DNA of 64,000 bases from an uncultured Acidobacteriota bacterium. GTDB lineage: Bacteria; Acidobacteriota; Vicinamibacteria; Marinacidobacterales; SMYC01. The notes beneath the pieces were generated by a model that saw only the letters and a list, made by a program, of their open reading frames with translations, did no database searches and had not been told where the DNA came from. The translations under genes and the position numbers were made by a program. Numbering within the stretch: position 1 is the first letter of the stretch; the number at the start of each line of letters is the position of its first letter. Below are positions 8,769 through 19,503 of the stretch, in pieces. Location: contig CAZKNR010000128.1 of assembly GCA_964553925.1 (NCBI GenBank), positions 2,017-66,016 of the forward strand, given 5' to 3'.

Positions 8769-9617
8769 ATGGAGCGAGTCCTCACCTACAGCCGGTTCGT
8801 GAAGATCGAGCACACGCTCTTCTCGTTCCCGATCCTCCTGAGCGGGGCGCTTCTCGCTCGGGGAGAGCTCTCCCTCCGGACGCTCCTCCTGATCCTCGCG
8901 GCGGGCACCGGCGCGAGGACCGCGGCGCTCGGCTTGAACCGCATTCTCGACCGCGAAATCGATGGGCAGAACCCGCGCACGGAAAAACGCGAGCTTCCTT
9001 CGGGCGCCATGTCGGCGACGGAGGCCTGGGCCGTGACCGGTGCCGGGGTCGCTGTCTTTCTCGCCGCGGCCTGCGGGATTTCGCCCCGGTGCCTCCTGCT
9101 GGCCCCGATTCCCCTCGCGATCTTCCTCATGTATCCGCTTCTCAAGCGCTTCACGATTCTGGCCCATCTCGGGGTCGGCGCGGCACTCGCCATGGCGCCG
9201 CTCGGCGCCTGGTACGCGGTGCAGCTCGACTTTGGTGATTTCGGGAGCGCCTTGCTGCTCTCCCTTTTCACGCTCTTCTGGGTGGCCGGGTTCGACATCA
9301 TTTACGCGACGCTCGACCAGGATTTCGATCGGTCCAAAGGACTCCACTCGCTGCCGTCTCGGCTCGGCAAGGATCGGGCGCTTCGGGTCTCGGCCGCGTT
9401 CCATGCCGCCGCCTTCCTTCTCCTCGGAATCCTGTACCTGCGCGCTCTCGAGGGTCCCCTCGCAGCGCTATTCCTCGGTCTCATCGGCGCGCTCCTGAAA
9501 GCCGAGCACACCCTCGCGAGCGACGTCGACCTCGCGTTCTTCAAGATCAACGCCGTGGTGGGATTCGCGGTCTTGGGGTTCATCGCTCTCGGCCTCTATC
9601 CTCCCTTCGTGTCCTGA
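8769..9617 (+). CDS. UbiA-family aromatic prenyltransferase (futalosine-pathway MqnP-like)
   Basis: MERVLTYSRFVKIEHTLFSFP..., Asp-rich motifs NRILDREIDGQNPRT and GFDIIYATLDQDFD. Immediately upstream of ubiX and the mqn genes. Start at ATG 8769. Confidence 0.85.
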   Translation: MERVLTYSRFVKIEHTLFSFPILLSGALLARGELSLRTLLLILAAGTGARTAALGLNRILDREIDGQNPRTEKRELPSGAMSATEAWAVTGAGVAVFLAAACGISPRCLLLAPIPLAIFLMYPLLKRFTILAHLGVGAALAMAPLGAWYAVQLDFGDFGSALLLSLFTLFWVAGFDIIYATLDQDFDRSKGLHSLPSRLGKDRALRVSAAFHAAAFLLLGILYLRALEGPLAALFLGLIGALLKAEHTLASDVDLAFFKINAVVGFAVLGFIALGLYPPFVS

Positions 9618-10168
9618 TGCGCTACGTCGTCGGAATCACCGGATCCTCGGGGGTCATCTACGGGGTGAAATTTCTCGAGCGTTGTCCCGGCGAAAAATTC
9701 CTCATCGTGTCCGAGTGGGGCCGGCGGGTGCTGGACCACGAGCTCGGTCTCACCGTCGACGATCTCGCGCCCTACGTGAAAGCCGTCTTCCGCGACGACG
9801 ACCTCGCGGCTCCTTTTTCCTCGGGCTCCAATCGCCACGATGGCCTCATCCTCCTCCCTTGCAGCGTCTCGACCCTCGGGAAGATCGCGAGCGGGATCGC
9901 TGACACTCTCGTGACCCGGGCGGCGCAAGTCGCGCTCAAGGAGAGGATGCGCCTGGTCGTTGGTATCCGCGAGACCCCGCTCTCCTCCATCGCTCTCGAG
10001 AACGCGCTGAAGCTCTCGCGGGAGGGCGCCATCGTCATGCCCGTCTCCCCTCCCTGGTACAAGAACCCCGAGTCGATGGACGACGTGGTGAACGGATTCG
10101 TCGACAAGGTGCTCCCGCTCATCGGGGTCGGAGTCGCCGGCGGCTGGAGATCGGAGGAGATTTCCTGA
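9617..10168 (+). CDS. ubiX: Flavin prenyltransferase UbiX family
   Basis: MRYVVGITGSSGVIYGVKFLE...LPCSVSTLGKIASGIADTLVTRAA...RETPLSSI. TGATG overlap with the prenyltransferase gene. Confidence 0.9.
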   Translation: MRYVVGITGSSGVIYGVKFLERCPGEKFLIVSEWGRRVLDHELGLTVDDLAPYVKAVFRDDDLAAPFSSGSNRHDGLILLPCSVSTLGKIASGIADTLVTRAAQVALKERMRLVVGIRETPLSSIALENALKLSREGAIVMPVSPPWYKNPESMDDVVNGFVDKVLPLIGVGVAGGWRSEEIS

Positions 10169-10217
10169 AACTGGCGGCCACCGGGTGGGTGTGTAAGAAT
10201 CTCGTTCGAGAGTCCCC

Positions 10218-11315
10218 ATGCCGCTAGCCGTAGAAGACATCGTTTTCCACGACCAGGCCCTGGTCCCGGTTTGGGACAAGGTTCGGAGTCGGGAACGCCT
10301 CGATTTCGACGACGGCCTTGCCGTCCTGAAGAGCTGGGATCTGACCGCCATCGGAAAGATGGCGGACTTCGTCAAGCGCGGCAAGTCCGGCAACGACGTG
10401 TTCTTCGTCATGAACCGGCAGATCAATCCCACGAACCTCTGCGTCCTCGACTGCGTGTTCTGCGACTTTGCCGCGAGACCCGGCGACGCCCACGCCTACG
10501 AGATGACCATCGAAGAGATCCTGGGAAAGCTGACGCCGGAGCTTTCGGAAGTCCACATCGTCGGCGGTCTCCACCCCAAGTGGAAGTTCGAGCAGTACCT
10601 CGGGATCATGGAAGCGATCCACGAGGCCTACCCCACGATCCAGATCAAGGCCTGGACCGCGGTCGAGATCGACTGGTTCGCTCGTATCGCGAAGTTGGAA
10701 GTACCCGAGGTTCTCGAGCGGCTCCAGGAGGCCGGGCTTCAGTCTCTCCCCGGAGGCGGCGCCGAGGTTTTCTCCGAGAGAGTCCGGGAGGCGACCTTCA
10801 AGCACAAGATGGGTGCCGAAAGGTGGCTCGAGATTCACCGCATCGCCCACCGGATGGGGATTCCCTCGAACGCGACGCTCCTCTACGGGCACATCGAGAC
10901 GTACGAGGAGCGGGTCTCTCACATGATGCGGCTGCGAGAGGCGGAGGACGAGAGTCCGGGGTTCCTCTCCTTCATTCCGCTAGCGCTCCAGCCGGGTGCC
11001 ACGGGGCTCGCCGAGCGGCAGGCGTCCGCCATCGAGGACCTGCGAACGGTGGCCGCGGCGCGGCTTCTCCTCGACAACTTTCCCCACATCAAATCCTACT
11101 GGATCATGCTCGGCGAAGAGATCGCGTCGGTGGCGCTGAACTTCGGCGCGAGCGATCTCGACGGCACCATCGGCGAGGAGCGCATCGCCCACTACGCGCA
11201 GGCGAAGAGCGCCGTCGGTCTCGCCCGCGACAAGCTGGTCGAGATGATCCGCGAGGCGGGTAAGCGTCCGGTGGAGCGCGACGCCCTCTATAACGTCGTT
11301 GAAGCCTACGACTAA
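10218..11315 (+). CDS. mqnE: Radical SAM aminofutalosine synthase (MqnE-type; the MqnE versus MqnC assignment is from memory of C-terminal motifs)
   Basis: CVLDCVFCDF CxxxCxxC cluster, HIVGGLHP, LPGGGAEVF, FIPLALQPG, SYWIMLG...GASDLDGTIGEERI. Confidence 0.75.
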   Translation: MPLAVEDIVFHDQALVPVWDKVRSRERLDFDDGLAVLKSWDLTAIGKMADFVKRGKSGNDVFFVMNRQINPTNLCVLDCVFCDFAARPGDAHAYEMTIEEILGKLTPELSEVHIVGGLHPKWKFEQYLGIMEAIHEAYPTIQIKAWTAVEIDWFARIAKLEVPEVLERLQEAGLQSLPGGGAEVFSERVREATFKHKMGAERWLEIHRIAHRMGIPSNATLLYGHIETYEERVSHMMRLREAEDESPGFLSFIPLALQPGATGLAERQASAIEDLRTVAAARLLLDNFPHIKSYWIMLGEEIASVALNFGASDLDGTIGEERIAHYAQAKSAVGLARDKLVEMIREAGKRPVERDALYNVVEAYD

Positions 11316-11320
11316 ACCCC

Positions 11321-12085
11321 ATGCGCTTGGTCGTGGGTCAGATCTCGTACCTGAACAGCCAGCCGTTCTATCCGCTCCTCCTTGGGGAGCACCGGCTCAT
11401 CCCCACACCCCCGAGCGAGCTCGGCCGCATGGCGTCCCGGGGCGAGATCGACGCGGGGCTCCTCGCGACCGCCGACTATCTGGTGAACGCCGAGCGCTAC
11501 GAGCCGGTGGGCGGGCTCGGGGTCGCGAATCGCGAGGAAGTGCGAAGCATCCTTCTCGCGAGCAAACGGCCGATCGAAGCGCTCGACGGCGCGCTCGTGG
11601 GAATCACCGAAGAGACATCGACTTCGGCGCGGCTCTTGAGGCTCGTCCTCGAAGACCGCTACGCCGTTTGCCCTCGGGCCTACGTGCGCGGCGCGAGGAC
11701 CGAGACGGACGCGTTTCTCGTCATCGGAAACGAGGCGTTGAGCCAGAACGTGAGGCCCACCCCCGGCTTCCCCCATCGCTACGATCTTGCTTCGGAGTGG
11801 TGGGCCTGGACAGGGCTTCCCTTCGTCTTCGCCCTCTGGGCCATCCGCCGATCCCTTCCGGAGAACGTGAAGCGAAGATTTGAAGATCTCCTCTCTCGCT
11901 CGTTCGAGCTCGGCATGTCCCAGGTCGACGAGATCGCGGCGGAGTTCGCGGGGGAGCTCGGCCGCGCCGAAGATCTCGCTTCCTATCTGCGGAATTTCCA
12001 CTACCGGCTCGGACCCGAGGAGATGCGCGGACTCGCGGAGTTCCGGCGCCTGGTGCTCGAGCGCGACCTGCTGAGGCCGATGTGA
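11321..12085 (+). CDS. mqnA: Chorismate dehydratase MqnA (VitK2_biosynth fold)
   Basis: MRLVVGQISYLNSQPFYPLL is the MqnA-type N-terminus, not the SPCPNDTF of MqnD. Lies between two mqn radical SAM genes. Confidence 0.75.
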   Translation: MRLVVGQISYLNSQPFYPLLLGEHRLIPTPPSELGRMASRGEIDAGLLATADYLVNAERYEPVGGLGVANREEVRSILLASKRPIEALDGALVGITEETSTSARLLRLVLEDRYAVCPRAYVRGARTETDAFLVIGNEALSQNVRPTPGFPHRYDLASEWWAWTGLPFVFALWAIRRSLPENVKRRFEDLLSRSFELGMSQVDEIAAEFAGELGRAEDLASYLRNFHYRLGPEEMRGLAEFRRLVLERDLLRPM

Positions 12086-13179
12086 CGATGAACTCCACCG
12101 CCGATCGCTTTGGCGCCATACGGGAGAAAGTCCGGAGCGAGAGACGGCTCGACCGGGACGAGGGATTATTCCTTCTCGGGGAAGCACCGCTTCTCGACCT
12201 GGGACAGCTCGCGATGGAGGCCAGGAGGCGGCGCTTTCCCGACCCCGTCGTCACCTTCGTCATCGACACCAACCCGAACTACACCAATGCCTGCAACGTC
12301 GATTGCACGTTCTGCGCTTTCTATCGGCCCCCGGGACACCACGAGGCCTACACCCACACCATCTCCGAGATGATGGAGAAGATCGATCGGGCGGTCGAGC
12401 GCGGCGTCACCACCGTCCTGATGCAGGGAGGGGTCAACCCCGATCTTCCCTTCGATTACTACGTCGAAATGGTCCGGACGGTGAAGGAAAGATTTCCCGG
12501 CGTCACTCCCCACTTCTGGTCCGCCGCCGAGATCGACGGTATGGCCCAGGTCTCGGGCCTGCCGGTCCGGGAGGTGCTGAAGCGGCTGAAAGAGGCGGGA
12601 CAGAGCACTCTTCCGGGCGGGGGCGCCGAGATTCTTTCCGAGCGCGTGCGGCGAAAGATCTCCCACAAGAAAGGCATGGGCGCGAGCTGGCTCGACGTGC
12701 ACCGCGAGGCCCATTCGCTCGGCTTCCGTTCGACGGCGACGATGATGTACGGCCACGTCGAGACCGACGAGGACGTGGTCGAGCACCTCGACGGAATTCG
12801 CGCCCTCCAGGACGAATTCCACGGGTTCACCGCTTTCGTCCCCTGGAGCTTCAAGCCGGGCAACACCCCTCTCGAGAAGAAGTACCCGCGCCACGCCGGT
12901 CCCAACCAGTACCTGCGCATGCTCGCGGCGTCGCGGCTCTACCTCGACAACTTCGATCACGTGCAGGCCTCGTGGTTCTCCGAAGGAAAGAAGACGGGCC
13001 AGGTCGCGCTTCACTGGGGCGCGGACGACTTCGGAGGAACTCTGTTCGAAGAAAACGTCCACAGGGCGACGGGCTTCGTGAACCAGACCACGACGGACGA
13101 AATCAAGATCCTCATTCGAGAAGCCGGCTTCCGCCCCGCCCAAAGAACGACGACCTACGAGATCCTGGAATACTTCTAG
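12082..13179 (+). CDS. mqnC: Radical SAM cyclic dehypoxanthinyl futalosine synthase (MqnC-type)
   Basis: CNVDCTFCAF cluster, LMQGGVNP, LPGGGAEIL, FVPWSFKPGNTPL, VQASWFSEGKKTGQVALHWGADDFGGTLFEENV. GTG 12082 overlaps the mqnA stop; ATG 12088 is an alternative start. Confidence 0.75.
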   Translation: MTMNSTADRFGAIREKVRSERRLDRDEGLFLLGEAPLLDLGQLAMEARRRRFPDPVVTFVIDTNPNYTNACNVDCTFCAFYRPPGHHEAYTHTISEMMEKIDRAVERGVTTVLMQGGVNPDLPFDYYVEMVRTVKERFPGVTPHFWSAAEIDGMAQVSGLPVREVLKRLKEAGQSTLPGGGAEILSERVRRKISHKKGMGASWLDVHREAHSLGFRSTATMMYGHVETDEDVVEHLDGIRALQDEFHGFTAFVPWSFKPGNTPLEKKYPRHAGPNQYLRMLAASRLYLDNFDHVQASWFSEGKKTGQVALHWGADDFGGTLFEENVHRATGFVNQTTTDEIKILIREAGFRPAQRTTTYEILEYF

Positions 13180-13191
13180 GTTTTTCCGGGT

Positions 13192-14178
13192 TTATTCCGC
13201 TTTCAATGGGCGGGTCATTAGCTCCCGCATGACTTCCTCAGGAGTAGTCTCGCCTCGGAGCAGCCGTTCCATCTGAAGGACGATCGGCATCTCGACGCCG
13301 TGCTCCTTCGCGAGGGCCACCGCCGCGTGAGTGGTTCTGACGCCCTCGGCGACCTGCTCCATCCCCGCAAGGATGTCCTCGAGCGAGCGGCCCTTTCCGA
13401 GCTCGATCCCGACTTGCCGGTTGCGTGAGAGATGGCCGGTGCAGGTGAGCACCAGGTCTCCCATGCCCGCGAGCCCGGCGAGCGTTTCTCGCCGCCCTCC
13501 CATCGTCTCTGCCAGGCGCGAGATTTCGGCGAGCCCCCGGGTCATGAGCGCCGCTTTCGGATTGTGCCCGAGACCGAGGCCGGTCGCGACCCCGGCCGCG
13601 AGGGCGATCACGTTCTTGAGCGCTCCGCCGAGCTCCACGCCGAGGACGTCGTCGTTGGTGTAGATACGGAAGCTCGGTGTCGAGAAACACGCCTGGATCT
13701 CTTTCGCGCCTTCGAGAGCCGCGCACGCGGCGACCAGCGCCGTCGGCTCTCCGAGGGCGACCTCGCGGGCGAAAGTCGGCCCCGAGAGGACCACGGGGAC
13801 GGCGCCTTCGAGCGTTTGCGAGATCACCTCGCTCATGCGGAAGTGGGTCGTCTCCTCGAGACCTTTGGTCGCGCTGATGACGCTCGCGATATCCCGAGCA
13901 AAAGGCGCGATCTCGGATGCGATCGGGCGCATGTAGGGCGAGGGCACGGCGAGAACGAGGACTTCGGCGCCGCGAGCGGCCTCCTCGAGACTCCCGGTCG
14001 TCCTCAGGCTCGCGGGGAGCGAGATTCCCGGGAGAAAACGCTCGTTCTCACGGCGCTCGCCGATTGAGCGCCGCACGTCCTCTTCACGGCACCAGAGGAC
14101 GACCTCGAGCCCGTTCTCGGAAAGGATTTTGGCGAGAGCGGTTCCCCATCCACCCGCCCCGATGACGGCGATCTTCAC
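13192..14178 (-). CDS. gpsA: NAD(P)H-dependent glycerol-3-phosphate dehydrogenase
   Basis: VKIAVIGAGGWGTALA..., GLEETTHFRMSEV, ALKNVIALAAGV. Start moved to GTG 14178, preceded by AAAGGAGGAAG. The listed ORF adds 32 implausible codons. Confidence 0.9.
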   Translation of the reverse strand: MKIAVIGAGGWGTALAKILSENGLEVVLWCREEDVRRSIGERRENERFLPGISLPASLRTTGSLEEAARGAEVLVLAVPSPYMRPIASEIAPFARDIASVISATKGLEETTHFRMSEVISQTLEGAVPVVLSGPTFAREVALGEPTALVAACAALEGAKEIQACFSTPSFRIYTNDDVLGVELGGALKNVIALAAGVATGLGLGHNPKAALMTRGLAEISRLAETMGGRRETLAGLAGMGDLVLTCTGHLSRNRQVGIELGKGRSLEDILAGMEQVAEGVRTTHAAVALAKEHGVEMPIVLQMERLLRGETTPEEVMRELMTRPLKAE

Positions 14179-14197
14179 GTCTTCCGGGCTTCCTCCT

Positions 14198-14365
14198 TTA
14201 CTCCTCGTCGCCGAAGAAGAAGAAATCCCCGCACTGTTTCGAGCAGAACGTGCGCCCGTTACGGTCGGCCGCACATTCGTTGCAGTAATACTTGAAGCAG
14301 ATCACGCATTTCTTGATGGTGCGGTCTGGTTCGGTCGCCTCGCAGCGCCAGCACTTGTCGTCCAT
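14198..14365 (-). CDS. Small B-box-type zinc-finger protein (8 Cys, 55 aa)
   Basis: MDDKCWRCEATEPDRTIKKCVICFKYYCNECAADRNGRTFCSKQCGDFFFFGDEE. It is the C-terminal end of a spurious 421-aa ORF that is antisense to tilS. ATG 14365 has a GAGGACGAG SD. Confidence 0.6.
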   Translation of the reverse strand: MDDKCWRCEATEPDRTIKKCVICFKYYCNECAADRNGRTFCSKQCGDFFFFGDEE

Positions 14366-14395
14366 GGCTCTCGTCCTCTCGCCAGGCGGGTGAGT

Positions 14396-14425
14396 TTGAC
14401 AGCTTTCTAGAAACTCTTCTATCAT
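14396..14425 (+). promoter_or_regulatory. Sigma70-like promoter (TTGACA-N17/18-TATCAT) upstream of tilS
   Basis: Seen directly, about 95 nt upstream of tilS ATG 14519. Confidence 0.4.
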
Positions 14426-14518
14426 GATACACTTAGACGGAACTCCAGGCGAGCGCGAGAGCGTCATCCAGAATCGACTCGGTCCAATTTTGCGCCGAAG
14501 GAGTGGTGTCCTCGAGCG

Positions 14519-15997
14519 ATGCTGACTTCGAAAGTCATCCGAACCATCGACCGGTACCGAATGGTCCATCCGGGCGACCGCGTGCTCGTCGGCCTTTCCG
14601 GCGGCGCCGATTCGGTCGCGCTCACGGAGCTCCTCGTCGAGCTGAAACCTCGCTTCGGGATCTCGCTGGTCCTCGCCCACTTGAACCACGGCCTGCGCGC
14701 GGAGGCCTCCGAGGACGAAGCTTTTTGCCACTCGCTTTCGGAAAGGCTGTCGCTTCCCTTCGTGTCGGGCCGGGTCGACGTCTTCGAGCGAGCGCGCAAG
14801 AACAAACGCTCGATCGAAGCCGAGGGCCGCAACGCCCGCTATGAGTTTCTGGAAGCCCAGGCGGCGCATTTCGGCGCCCAGAGAATCGCCGTCGGCCATA
14901 CCCTCGACGATCAGGCGGAGACGTTTCTCCTGCGTCTTCTCCGCGGCTCGGGCTCGCGTGGACTTGGAGCGATTCATCCGGTCAGGGCGATCAAGGCGGT
15001 CACGGCCGTCAAGGACGGCGGAATCGTTCGCCCCCTGATCGAAGTACGGAGGCGGGAGATCGAACGCTACCTCGAAGAGAGAGGGGCGAGTTTTCGTGAA
15101 GATCCATCGAACGCCGACCCCAGGTTCACCCGGAACCGAATCCGACACGAGGAGCTCCCGCGGCTTTCGTCGGCATACAACCCCCGGCTCGTCGAGACTC
15201 TTGCCCGCAGCGCGTCGCTCCTCAGGGACGAGGAGGAGTGGATGGAGGCGGAAACGAGGGAGGCTTTCGACGGATTGGCCGCCGTATCGCGGGACGAGAT
15301 CCGGCTCGACAAGAAAGCGCTCTCTCGCCACCCGCTCGCTCTCCGGCGCCGTTTGATCCGCCTCGCGATCGAGCGGCTTCGGGGACTCGGCAACGTCTCT
15401 CACCGTCACATCGAGGACGTCCTGGCCTTGGCGGAGGAGGGTCAAAGCGGCCGCGAGCTGCACCTTCCGGAGCTCGTGGTCGAGCTCTCCTTCGACCAGA
15501 TGCGATTTCGTCTGGGTTCGACGGCGCGGGCGTGGAAAGCGCGCGAACGGGGCTATAATGGCTTCGAGTACCTATTGTCGATTCCATCCCGAGTCCGGAT
15601 TCCAGAGGGCCTCGGAACCCTCTCGACACGGATCGAGGAGCCGAATCGAGCGCTGCCGGATCGAGAGCTGCCGAATCGAGATGCCCCACTACCCTTTGGG
15701 AATGCGGTCATGGTGGGATTCGACGGACGCGTGCCGGAGCTCAAGGTGAGAAGCCCCAGGCCAGGGGACCGGTTCCACCCTCTGGGAGCGCCCGGGTCGA
15801 AGCCGCTCTCGCGCTATCTTATGGACAGGAAAGTGTCACGAGACTCGAGGTCGCGGGTTCCGCTTTTGGTGCGCGGTCTTTCGAGTCTCGGTGATTCTGG
15901 TGAGGAGATCCTCTGGGTGGTAGGACATGGAGTTTCCGAAGCATCCCGGGTTTCGCCCGGCTCGTCCCGGCTCTCGTTTCGTTGGGAGACCGTATGA
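14519..15997 (+). CDS. tilS: tRNA(Ile)-lysidine synthase
   Basis: PP-loop VLVGLSGGADSVAL, LAHLNHGLR, IAVGHTLDDQAETFLLRLLRGSG. Confidence 0.9.
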   Translation: MLTSKVIRTIDRYRMVHPGDRVLVGLSGGADSVALTELLVELKPRFGISLVLAHLNHGLRAEASEDEAFCHSLSERLSLPFVSGRVDVFERARKNKRSIEAEGRNARYEFLEAQAAHFGAQRIAVGHTLDDQAETFLLRLLRGSGSRGLGAIHPVRAIKAVTAVKDGGIVRPLIEVRRREIERYLEERGASFREDPSNADPRFTRNRIRHEELPRLSSAYNPRLVETLARSASLLRDEEEWMEAETREAFDGLAAVSRDEIRLDKKALSRHPLALRRRLIRLAIERLRGLGNVSHRHIEDVLALAEEGQSGRELHLPELVVELSFDQMRFRLGSTARAWKARERGYNGFEYLLSIPSRVRIPEGLGTLSTRIEEPNRALPDRELPNRDAPLPFGNAVMVGFDGRVPELKVRSPRPGDRFHPLGAPGSKPLSRYLMDRKVSRDSRSRVPLLVRGLSSLGDSGEEILWVVGHGVSEASRVSPGSSRLSFRWETV

Positions 15998-16512
15998 GCG
16001 CCGGCGACGGACTCCGGGTGCTCTTCACCGAGGAGGAGATCCGCGGGCGGGTGAAGGAGCTCGGGCTCAGGATCACCCGGGACTTCGCCCCGGAGAACGT
16101 GGCTTCGGTCGGGATCCTTCCCAACTCCATGGTGTTCATGGCGGACCTGATACGGTCGATCGATCTCCCGCTCACCTGCGATTTCCTCAAGGTGGGCTCG
16201 TCGGATGCCCGCCGCGTCGATATCGCGTTCGGAAACGCGACCGATTTCAGCGGCCGCGACGTATTGTTGATCCAGGGAGTCGTCGATACCGGGGTCACGC
16301 TCTCGTTCATCACCGGACACATCCAGGAGACGTGGAAACCCCGGTCGCTGAAAGTGGTGGCGCTCATCAACCGAGAGGCGCACCGGAAAGTCGACTGTCC
16401 CGTGGACTACGCCTGCTTCGAGCTCGAACAAGAGGGCTTCGTCGCGGGCTACGGACTGGGTTATGAGGAGCAGCATCGCGGAGCCCCGTTCATCGGCTTC
16501 GCGGCTTCGTAG
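15994..16512 (+). CDS. hpt: Hypoxanthine phosphoribosyltransferase homolog (divergent active-site motifs)
   Basis: Conserved tilS-hpt-ftsH position and overall HPRT-like layout (...FMADLIRSI...CDFLKV...FVAGYGLGY...). The PRPP loop reads VLLIQGVVDTGVT rather than VLIVEDIIDxGxT. ATGA overlap with the tilS stop. Confidence 0.75.
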   Translation: MSAGDGLRVLFTEEEIRGRVKELGLRITRDFAPENVASVGILPNSMVFMADLIRSIDLPLTCDFLKVGSSDARRVDIAFGNATDFSGRDVLLIQGVVDTGVTLSFITGHIQETWKPRSLKVVALINREAHRKVDCPVDYACFELEQEGFVAGYGLGYEEQHRGAPFIGFAAS

Positions 16513-16560
16513 CTCCCTTCGAATTATGACCTCGAGAAATCTTTCGATTCGGAGGCACCC

Positions 16561-18492
<1,932 letters not shown>

Positions 18493-18585
18493 CTACGCTT
18501 ACCGAGCGAAGGATTTACTAAGCTAGCGAGCTAGCTCAGCCGCGGCTTCGTCGAGGCGCTCGGTGATTTTATCGAAAGGCCGGAA

Positions 18586-19503
18586 GTGCGCGCTCTGACC
18601 TTCCGAGCGAAGAACGAGAGACTGAAGCTCGGGGAGACGACCGCCCTCATGGGAGTGGTGAACGTCACCCCCGATTCTTTCTACGCGGGAAGCCGTCGTC
18701 TCGACCCCGACGAGGCGCTCGCCTTCGCCCTCAATCTGGCGGAAGCGGGCGCGGACATCGTCGATATCGGGGGCGAGTCGACCCGTCCGGGTGCCTCCGA
18801 AACCGCCGTCGAGGAAGAGATCCGTCGAGTGGTGCCGGTGGTTTTGCGCCTTCGCCCTCTATCTCGCGTCCTCATCTCCGTCGATACCCGAAGGGCGGCA
18901 GTGGCGGAACGGGCGCTCGACGCCGGGGCGGACATCGTCAACGACGTCTCCGCTCTTGCCGATTCCCGAATGGCGGCGGTCGTCGCCCGCGCGAAAGCGG
19001 GTCTGGTGCTCACGCACATGAAGGGAGCGCCCTCGACGATGCAGGCTTCGCCTTCCTATCGAGACGTGGTCGCCGAGGTCACGGAGTATCTCGGGCGCGC
19101 GATCGAAAAAGCGGAATCGTCCGGGGTCGCGAGCGAATCCATCCTCGTCGACCCCGGCATCGGCTTCGGAAAGACTCTGGAGCACAATCTCACTCTCCTC
19201 AGAAACCTCGCGGCGCTCTCGCAGCTTTCGAAGCCCATCCTCGTCGGGACCTCGCGCAAGAGCTTCCTCGGACAGATCCTTTCGGCGGCACCCGCCCGCG
19301 ACGCCGGGAGCGACGAGGAAGAACGGATTTTCGCCACCGCGGCGAGCGTCGCCTGCGCGGTGCTCCTGGGGGCCTCCGTGGTGCGGGTCCACGACGTCCG
19401 CGAAATGCGCCAGGTGGTAGCGGTCGCCGATGCCATCAAGAACCTAAGTGCTTCGGGCGTGCCTTTCCCACGGGGCGTGGCGCTGTCCGAGGGGACCCCA
19501 TGA
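18586..19503 (+). CDS. folP: Dihydropteroate synthase
   Basis: LMGVVNVTPDSFYAG, GADIVDIGGESTRPGA, VDPGIGFGKT, VRVHDV. Confidence 0.9.
   Translation: MRALTFRAKNERLKLGETTALMGVVNVTPDSFYAGSRRLDPDEALAFALNLAEAGADIVDIGGESTRPGASETAVEEEIRRVVPVVLRLRPLSRVLISVDTRRAAVAERALDAGADIVNDVSALADSRMAAVVARAKAGLVLTHMKGAPSTMQASPSYRDVVAEVTEYLGRAIEKAESSGVASESILVDPGIGFGKTLEHNLTLLRNLAALSQLSKPILVGTSRKSFLGQILSAAPARDAGSDEEERIFATAASVACAVLLGASVVRVHDVREMRQVVAVADAIKNLSASGVPFPRGVALSEGTP

Noticed and set aside
14366-15463. N-terminal ~365 codons of the 421-aa minus ORF 14198..15463
   Set aside because: It is antisense to tilS, which has a PP-loop and clear homology. Only the last 55 codons, in intergenic space, look like a real protein.
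18493-18585. AGCTAGC-G-AGCTAGCT near-tandem/palindromic string and CCGAGCG...CGCTCGG pairing after ftsH
   Set aside because: It is short, the loop is too long for a convincing terminator, and there is no U-tract. This is insufficient evidence for a functional call.
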